Assembly: GCA_024644125.1 (NCBI GenBank)
Contig: JAHELQ010000001.1
Coordinates: forward strand, 1 to 54,192
Direction: 5' to 3'
Length of the DNA: 54,192 bases
From: Candidatus Aminicenantes bacterium
GTDB lineage: Bacteria; Acidobacteriota; Aminicenantia; UBA2199
In this document: positions 12,001-18,094 of the stretch, piece by piece
Layout: every line of letters begins with the position of its first letter
How positions within the stretch are numbered: the stretch's first letter is position 1
Program-made: the position numbers and the translations under genes
The notes under the pieces: generated by a model
Told to the model about the DNA's origin: nothing
Seen by the model: only the letters and a program-made list of their open reading frames with translations
The model's database searches: none

Positions 12001-12606
12001 AATGGAGACCAATGGATCTGGGGCATCGAGGCGAATTTTCCTTGCGAAATGGAATCGAGGGAAACCTCGATTCAAGACATCGCCGCCTCATACATCCGCA
12101 TAATCGATAACATCAAGGGCTCTAACCCCTTCGTTATCGGAGGTTGGAGCCTCGGCGGCATTATCGCATTCGAAATGGCCCACCAACTGGAGAACAGGGG
12201 AGAAGGTCCTGAAAAAATCATCCTTTTCGACACAATTCCGCCTACTAAGGAATCTTCATTGCAAATCACTTTGCTTGAGGAAGGATTCATGGATGACCAA
12301 ATGATTCCGGAATCGTTCCTTAATGCGATCCCCAATGCTAGACAATTGGATCGGAAGGATATCAAAAAGATCATCAGCTCCATCCGCATATTGATGAATG
12401 CATGCGACCGTTACTCACCAGCGTACGCCATAAACACCCCGGTCCTGTTTGTCGATGCGATTCAATCGCCGCATCCAGCAAAAATCTATTGGAAGACATT
12501 CTGCGACGGCCACTTTCAATCACTCTCCATCGATTGTACGCATCACGAATTATTTCAGAAACACAACATAGAAACAATCTTCGACTATATACTACATCTG
12601 CGCTAA
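1..12606 (+). CDS. Non-ribosomal peptide synthetase, 5'-truncated by the window edge: (partial C)-A-T-C-A-T-C-A-T-C-A-T-TE
   Basis: Frame 1 is open from nt 1 (YKIEFDPE precedes the TTG at 25), so the gene continues upstream. There are four A3 motifs: [14 protein letters not shown] at ~1141, [14 protein letters not shown] at ~4258, [14 protein letters not shown] at ~7423 and [14 protein letters not shown] at ~10564. Four carrier motifs GGHSL have Ser codons at 2335, 5452, 8617 and 11746. Three condensation motifs MHHII(T/G)DG have HH at 2872, 5986 and 9151, each preceded by EKRDYY(P/L)LSSxQ (LCL-type). The C-terminal thioesterase is GGWSLGG (Ser codon 12148) with a downstream DCTHHELF. Confidence 0.95.
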   Translation, partial: [4201 protein letters not shown]

Positions 12607-12689
12607 GCTGTGGCTTTCCTTTGTTATCAAATATTTTCCACTTTTTATGCTAGATGAATTTGATAAATTATTTTTTTCCCGCTCTTATA

Positions 12690-12719
12690 TTGGATTTGAG
12701 GATTCGCTAGGTGTATAAT
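12690..12719 (+). promoter_or_regulatory. Candidate sigma70-type promoter upstream of the SbnA-like gene
   Basis: TATAAT at 12714-12719 is directly preceded by TG. A weak -35-like TTGGAT sits at 12690-12695 (18-nt spacer) in an AT-rich 180-nt intergenic region. An AAGGAAG Shine-Dalgarno lies ~10 nt before the ATG at 12786. Confidence 0.35.
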
Positions 12720-12785
12720 GAGAATTTCATTTACCAAGTGTAAGATCAAATTCTAGAAGGAAAAAAATAAGGAAGAACCCAAGTC

Positions 12786-13742
12786 ATGATTTTGAACGAT
12801 TATCTTGAATTTGTAGGCAACACTCCAATGTTGCATTTCCAGCTCGATGGGGCATCGAATATAGATATTTACGCAAAACTGGAGTTCTGCAATCCCACCG
12901 GCAGTGTTAAAGACCGGGCTGCAAATCATATCATCCGTAAATTGCTAGACTTGAAGGAAATAAACAACGATACCACCCTGATCGAATCCTCATCAGGTAA
13001 TTTTGGGATCGCCCTGGCAGCCTACTGCAAAAAATACAGGCTAAAATTCATCGCGGTGATCGATCCATGCATCAACCCTATCAATGAGACGTTGATGAGG
13101 TCATTCGGAGCTACAGTTATCAAAGTGGAAATCCCTGATTGCAATGGCGGTTATTTACTAAACCGAATTGAAAAAGTGAAACAATTGAAGGAAGAAATCA
13201 CGAACTCTTATTGGGTCAATCAATACGGAAACCCATATAACGCCGAAGCATATTATAAAACCCTGGGCACCGAGATCTGCGAAAGTGTCGATAATATCGA
13301 TTATGTGTTCTTGGGAATTAGCTCTGGAGGAACCATTACTGGAGTATCGCAAAAAATCAAAGAATCCTATCCCACCGCTAAAGTGGTGGCGGTGGATATC
13401 TACGGTTCAGTTATTTTTGGAAATCCACCAAAAAAAAGATTTATCCCCGGCATAGGTTCCAGTATGGTACCGGATATTATCAATCAGGCGAAAATAGACG
13501 ATGTAGTAATGGTGGATGAAGTAGCCACCATCGATATGTGCCACGAATTATTAAGCAAACACAATATTTTCGCCGGAGGATCGTCCGGTTCCGTTTTGGC
13601 TGGAATCAAAAAATATTTCGCAGGAAAACCTGCGTCAAGCCCCCAAAAAGTCGCCACAATTTTTCCCGATAGAGGAGACCGTTACGCAACTACAGTCTAC
13701 AATAACGACTGGTGCCTGGATTTTCGGGGCAGACAAAAATAA
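12786..13742 (+). CDS. PLP-dependent beta-substituting enzyme of the cysteine-synthase fold, SbnA-like (N-(2-amino-2-carboxyethyl)-L-glutamate synthase family)
   Basis: The PLP-lysine motif is NPTGSVKDR. Other blocks match my recollection of Staphylococcus SbnA better than CysK/CysM: LIESSSGNFGIALA, VIDPCINP..., YWVNQYGNPYN, VVAVDIYGSVIFG, PGIGSSMVP, FAGGSSGS and FPDRGDRY. Confidence 0.75.
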   Translation: MILNDYLEFVGNTPMLHFQLDGASNIDIYAKLEFCNPTGSVKDRAANHIIRKLLDLKEINNDTTLIESSSGNFGIALAAYCKKYRLKFIAVIDPCINPINETLMRSFGATVIKVEIPDCNGGYLLNRIEKVKQLKEEITNSYWVNQYGNPYNAEAYYKTLGTEICESVDNIDYVFLGISSGGTITGVSQKIKESYPTAKVVAVDIYGSVIFGNPPKKRFIPGIGSSMVPDIINQAKIDDVVMVDEVATIDMCHELLSKHNIFAGGSSGSVLAGIKKYFAGKPASSPQKVATIFPDRGDRYATTVYNNDWCLDFRGRQK

Positions 13743-13771
13743 CTAATTCAATAAAAAAAGCGAATTAGTTG

Positions 13772-13801
13772 TTGCATTTGTTCTGCAATATTGGATATAA
13801 T
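13772..13801 (+). promoter_or_regulatory. Candidate sigma70-type promoter of the aro operon
   Basis: TTGCAT (13772-13777), an 18-nt spacer, then TATAAT (13796-13801). A short inverted repeat TTGCAAT...ATTGCAA overlaps the -10. The AGGAG SD lies 6 nt before the GTG start at 13889. Confidence 0.4.
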
Positions 13802-13888
13802 TGCAATTGGCTTTACTTCCTGTGCAAAAGTTACGAATTGTTTAGCTGTTTATATGAGTTGCGCTACAAATTGAAATAGGAGAAAGGA

Positions 13889-14917
13889 GTGAAAACCATT
13901 GATATAAAAGGTATTCAAACGAGTTCTTCAATCTTGATCGGAGAAAAGCTGGACAGCTTGCAAACCTATGTACCCCCAGGCAAAGCAGTCATTATAACAG
14001 ATACAAATGTCCGTGAATACTACGCCGCGCAATTCCCACCCTATCCAGTCATCGAGATCGGATTGGGAGAATCCAATAAAACCCTCGATACAGTAGAATC
14101 TATCTATAGACAACTTCTGGAAGTGGGTGCCGACCGGTCCACCTTCGTTATTGGGATCGGCGGAGGAATTGTCTGCGATATAGCCGGGTTCGCCGCATCC
14201 ACATACATGCGGGGCCTCGATTTCGGATTTGTCTCCACCACATTGTTGTCACAAGTGGATGCCAGCGTCGGTGGGAAAAATGGCGTCAATTATCAGTCTT
14301 ACAAGAATATCATTGGTACCTTCAATCAGCCCCGGTTCGTGATTTGTGATCCAACAATGCTAAAAACATTGCCGACGAACGAATTGGCTTGCGGCTTTGC
14401 GGAAATAATTAAACATGGCGCCATTGCCGACGAGGCCTACTTCGCTTATATGGAGAGATATGCCTCACGAGCGTTGGCGCTGGATGACGAGGTCATCGCA
14501 CGGCTGGTACACGATTCCGTTTCTATCAAAGCCGCCATAGTCAACCGGGATGAACGGGAAAAAGGAGAACGCCGTAAACTCAATTTTGGCCATACTTTTG
14601 GACATGCAGTGGAAAAAATCACGGGGAAGCCCCATGGCGATGCTGTGAGTATTGGCATGGTAGTGGCTGCGGCCCTTTCCAAAGAACGAGGGTTGCTCGA
14701 CGGTCAAAGTGTGGATAGGTTGATTGCATTATTGAAAAAAGTGAATTTACCGGTACACATTCAAATGGATCGCGACAAAGTGCTGGACGCACTAAAAAAG
14801 GACAAAAAGCGTGAAGGGAATCAAATCAACTTCATCCTCCTCGATAAAATCGGTGAAGCTGTAGTCGAAGAGATTTCGATAGCTGAATTGGAGAACGTGC
14901 TCAATGATTTGCGTTAG
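13889..14917 (+). CDS. aroB: 3-dehydroquinate synthase
   Basis: 342 aa with GTG start. The nucleotide-binding block is GIGGGIVCDIAGFAASTYMRG. VDASVGGKNGVN and the metal-binding region LNFGHTFGHAVE follow. It is the first gene of an overlapping aro operon. Confidence 0.9.
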   Translation: MKTIDIKGIQTSSSILIGEKLDSLQTYVPPGKAVIITDTNVREYYAAQFPPYPVIEIGLGESNKTLDTVESIYRQLLEVGADRSTFVIGIGGGIVCDIAGFAASTYMRGLDFGFVSTTLLSQVDASVGGKNGVNYQSYKNIIGTFNQPRFVICDPTMLKTLPTNELACGFAEIIKHGAIADEAYFAYMERYASRALALDDEVIARLVHDSVSIKAAIVNRDEREKGERRKLNFGHTFGHAVEKITGKPHGDAVSIGMVVAAALSKERGLLDGQSVDRLIALLKKVNLPVHIQMDRDKVLDALKKDKKREGNQINFILLDKIGEAVVEEISIAELENVLNDLR

Positions 14918-15557
14918 TATCGCTGAACCGAAACTGGAAATCATCCACACAATTTTAGAGTCTCTTAGAGAGGGCGAAATCGCTGAAATCAGGTTGGATC
15001 AAATGGAATTGAGTCTCGATGAGATTCAGGGAATTTTTTCCCAACCTTACCATGAACTCATCGCCACCTGTAGGCCCGGAAAATATGATGATTACATTAG
15101 GATGTCCCAACTCAAAACTGCAATATCGGCAGGTGCAGAATATATTGATGTCGAATTGGAATCGAAACTTGATTATATGAAGGAATTGATCTCTTTCTGC
15201 CGGAAGTATGACTGCCGGATTATCGTCTCACACCACGATTACCAGAAAACGCCCTCATTGAACCGATTGCGTGAGATTATAGATGAATGTTTTGCTTGTG
15301 GTTGCGATATCGCCAAAGTGGCATGCATGGCTGCATCCAACGTCGATAGTAGCCGTTTGTTGGCTTTGTACGAAGACCAACGGAAATTGGTGGCAATCGG
15401 TATGGGTCCCTATGGAACAATCACCCGCGTGGCCGCACCATTGTTAGGAGCCCCGTTTACATTCGCATCCCTTGGAAGTGGCTATGAAACAGCTCCTGGA
15501 CAATTGGACCGTACAGCGATGGCACGGATCTTAAAGGAATTGAGGTATGGAATCTAA
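14904..15557 (+). CDS. aroD: 3-dehydroquinate dehydratase, type I
   Basis: 217 aa. It has the type I signature IIVSHHDYQKTP and the Schiff-base lysine context DIAKVACMA. It overlaps the aroB stop by 14 nt. Confidence 0.85.
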   Translation: MICVSIAEPKLEIIHTILESLREGEIAEIRLDQMELSLDEIQGIFSQPYHELIATCRPGKYDDYIRMSQLKTAISAGAEYIDVELESKLDYMKELISFCRKYDCRIIVSHHDYQKTPSLNRLREIIDECFACGCDIAKVACMAASNVDSSRLLALYEDQRKLVAIGMGPYGTITRVAAPLLGAPFTFASLGSGYETAPGQLDRTAMARILKELRYGI

Positions 15558-16869
15558 AAAACTACTGGCAGTGACTGGAAATCCTGTTCTCCACAGCAAA
15601 AGTCCTTTATTATTCAACAAGATGTTTTCTACTGAACAAATTAACGCAACATATTTCAGGATCGCTGCTGATTCTGCCACCGAAGCCATGTTTCTATTCC
15701 GCGAAGCAGGACTGACGGGCATGAATGTCACGGCTCCCTTTAAAAAAGATATCATGGCGGAAGTCGATCTTGTAGATCCCGCTGCAACTAAAATAGGCGG
15801 TATTAACACCATAACCAATCGCTCAAATGGCATTATAGGATACAATACCGACTACACCGGCGTGGCGCGTTCCATCGAAGAGAAAGTAGGAACTTTAGAG
15901 GGCAAAAAATGCATTGTTCTGGGAGCTGGCGGCGCCGGAAGGGCTGCCGCATATGGTCTAATTGCCAAAAGCTCCATCGTTGTGATTGCCAACCGCACTA
16001 TCGCCAAAGCCCAGGAGGTTGCCGGTCAACTAGGATGTGAAGCTGCCAAGCTCGATTGCCTGGAAGAATTGTTGTCCCACGCAGATATTCTGATTTCTAC
16101 ATTGTCTACCGGAGTTGAAGTTGTAGAAGAAGCATGGCTGCGCCCCAGCCTTGTTGTCCTGGACGCCAATTATAAATCCTCGGCTTTAGGCAAAATGGCG
16201 CTGAACCGCGGTTGCACGTTGGTTAAAGGAGAAGATTGGCTGCTGTATCAGGCAATTCCTGCCTATACACATTTTTTACAGTCGCAGCCCAACGAGAATT
16301 GTATGCGGGAAGCTCTCGATGAAGCTTCAAAACCATTATCGTCAAAAAAAGATGTAATCTCGCTAACGGGATTTATGGGAACCGGTAAAAGCTCGGTCGC
16401 CAAAATACTGGCAAAAAAAATGGGATACCACGTTCTTGACTCCGATTCACTAATCGAAGAGAAGGCAGGAATCACTATCCCGGAGATCTTCCGCACCAAT
16501 GGCGAAAAAACGTTTCGCAAGCTTGAAAAAGAGATCCTGAACAGTTTACTGGATGCCGATCATAAAAAAATTATCATCGCTTGGGGCGGCGGCATTGTTC
16601 TTGATCAAGAAAACAGACTGAAGATAAAAGAAAAAACACTGAGTATTTGGTTGTTTGCCAGGCCATGGAAGAATCTGTCCCTCATCAAAGATGGCTCCCG
16701 GCCGCTGTTGAACGTCGAAAATCCGGGAGAAACCGCTCGCAAGATCTTCCTCCAAAGACGCGGCTTTTATGCGGAGACAGCAGATTTGATGGTCAATTCC
16801 GATTGCGAATACCATAATCCAGACTCAATAGCGGAGAAGATTTATGAAGAAATTTGTAAAACCTTCTAG
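15547..16869 (+). CDS. Bifunctional shikimate dehydrogenase / shikimate kinase (AroE-AroK fusion)
   Basis: 440 aa. The N-terminal ~270 aa are AroE-like (VTGNPVLHSKSPLLFN, NTDYTGV, VLGAGGAGRAAAYGL). The C-terminal ~160 aa are shikimate-kinase-like (P-loop GFMGTGKSSVAKILAKKMGY, DSDSLIEEKAGITIPEIF, GEKTFRKLE). Confidence 0.85.
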   Translation: MESKKLLAVTGNPVLHSKSPLLFNKMFSTEQINATYFRIAADSATEAMFLFREAGLTGMNVTAPFKKDIMAEVDLVDPAATKIGGINTITNRSNGIIGYNTDYTGVARSIEEKVGTLEGKKCIVLGAGGAGRAAAYGLIAKSSIVVIANRTIAKAQEVAGQLGCEAAKLDCLEELLSHADILISTLSTGVEVVEEAWLRPSLVVLDANYKSSALGKMALNRGCTLVKGEDWLLYQAIPAYTHFLQSQPNENCMREALDEASKPLSSKKDVISLTGFMGTGKSSVAKILAKKMGYHVLDSDSLIEEKAGITIPEIFRTNGEKTFRKLEKEILNSLLDADHKKIIIAWGGGIVLDQENRLKIKEKTLSIWLFARPWKNLSLIKDGSRPLLNVENPGETARKIFLQRRGFYAETADLMVNSDCEYHNPDSIAEKIYEEICKTF

Positions 16870-18094
16870 AATATCAGGTTCAGTGAAGGCTCCACCTTCA
16901 AAAAGCATGATGCAGCGCGCATTAGCTGCGGGATTATTGGCCGAAGGGACCTCGATTATCCGGAATCCCTCATTTTGCAATGATGCCCTGGCGGCTATGA
17001 AAATAGTCGAAGGCCTAGGCGGTAGCGTCAATTATACTAAAGAAGAGGTAGTAATCGACGGCGGCTTCAATCCATTTGCAAAGGTCCTTGACTGTGGGGA
17101 ATCCGGGCTGGCGATTCGCATGTTCACTTCTATTGCAGCGTTGCACGACGCTCCCATCACTTTAACGGGCAAAGGTTCCCTTATGAATCGTCCGATGAAT
17201 ATGATAGGGGAGTCATTGCAAAATCTTGGTGTGGAATACACATCAAACAATGGTTGCATTCCCATCACGGTTAAAGGCCCTTTGAAGGGCGGGTTGGCTA
17301 CAGTTGACGGCTCCACTAGTTCCCAGTTTCTTACTGGATTACTTATGTCCCTCCCACTGGCACCGGAGAAATCCGAACTGCGTGTGGAGGATCTCAAAAG
17401 CAGACCCTACATCGATCTGACAATGCAAGTGCTTCGAGATTTTGGTGTCAATATTCAGCACCAACAATATGCGACATTTTTTATTGACGGCGGCCAACAT
17501 TATCAACCCTGTACCTTTACGGTTGAAGGTGATTGGAGCGGTGCTGCGTTTCTACTGGTTGCCGGAGCCATCGGCGGCGAAGTCGAAGTACTGTCGTTGA
17601 ATCCGTATTCGCGGCAAGCAGACCGGGCAATCATTGAGGCTCTTGAAAAATCAGGAGCAAAAGTGAGTTTCACTGAAAACTCAGTATCCGTAAAAAAAGA
17701 CAAACTTCGCCCCTTTGAATTCAACGCCACCGAGTGCCCCGATTTGTTCCCTCCGTTGGTTGCCCTGGCGGTTCATTGCGAGGGTACCTCGTTGATCAAA
17801 GGTATTGGACGATTAATTCATAAAGAGAGCAATAGGGCGCAAGTATTGCAGGCCGAATTCTCCAAACTCGGTGCTGTGATTGAATTGGCCGGAGGGAGCA
17901 TGGTTATTCGCGGGGGCGGACTGAAGGGCGGAATCATCCATTCCAATAATGATCACCGTATTGCGATGGCAGGCGCAGTGGCAGCTTGCGCCTCAAATGG
18001 CCCTATCATAGTAGAAGCGTTTGAAGCGGTTAACAAATCTTACCCGGAATTCGCCAGTGATTTTATTGCATTAGGAGGGTGTGCATGTGAATAG
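16844..18094 (+). CDS. aroA: 3-phosphoshikimate 1-carboxyvinyltransferase (EPSP synthase)
   Basis: 416 aa with KAPPSKSMMQRALAAGLLAEG, CGESGLAIRMFT, VDGSTSSQFLTGLLM, KESNRAQ and NDHRIAMA. It overlaps both neighbours. Confidence 0.9.
   Translation: MKKFVKPSRISGSVKAPPSKSMMQRALAAGLLAEGTSIIRNPSFCNDALAAMKIVEGLGGSVNYTKEEVVIDGGFNPFAKVLDCGESGLAIRMFTSIAALHDAPITLTGKGSLMNRPMNMIGESLQNLGVEYTSNNGCIPITVKGPLKGGLATVDGSTSSQFLTGLLMSLPLAPEKSELRVEDLKSRPYIDLTMQVLRDFGVNIQHQQYATFFIDGGQHYQPCTFTVEGDWSGAAFLLVAGAIGGEVEVLSLNPYSRQADRAIIEALEKSGAKVSFTENSVSVKKDKLRPFEFNATECPDLFPPLVALAVHCEGTSLIKGIGRLIHKESNRAQVLQAEFSKLGAVIELAGGSMVIRGGGLKGGIIHSNNDHRIAMAGAVAACASNGPIIVEAFEAVNKSYPEFASDFIALGGCACE

Noticed and set aside
13889-14917. 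The AroB-like protein being a sugar-phosphate cyclase of secondary metabolism (aminoDHQ synthase or EEVS type) rather than true DHQ synthase.
   Set aside because: It heads an operon containing type I dehydroquinase, shikimate dehydrogenase/kinase, EPSP synthase and chorismate synthase. That context fits the primary pathway enzyme. A phylogeny would be needed to exclude the alternative fully.
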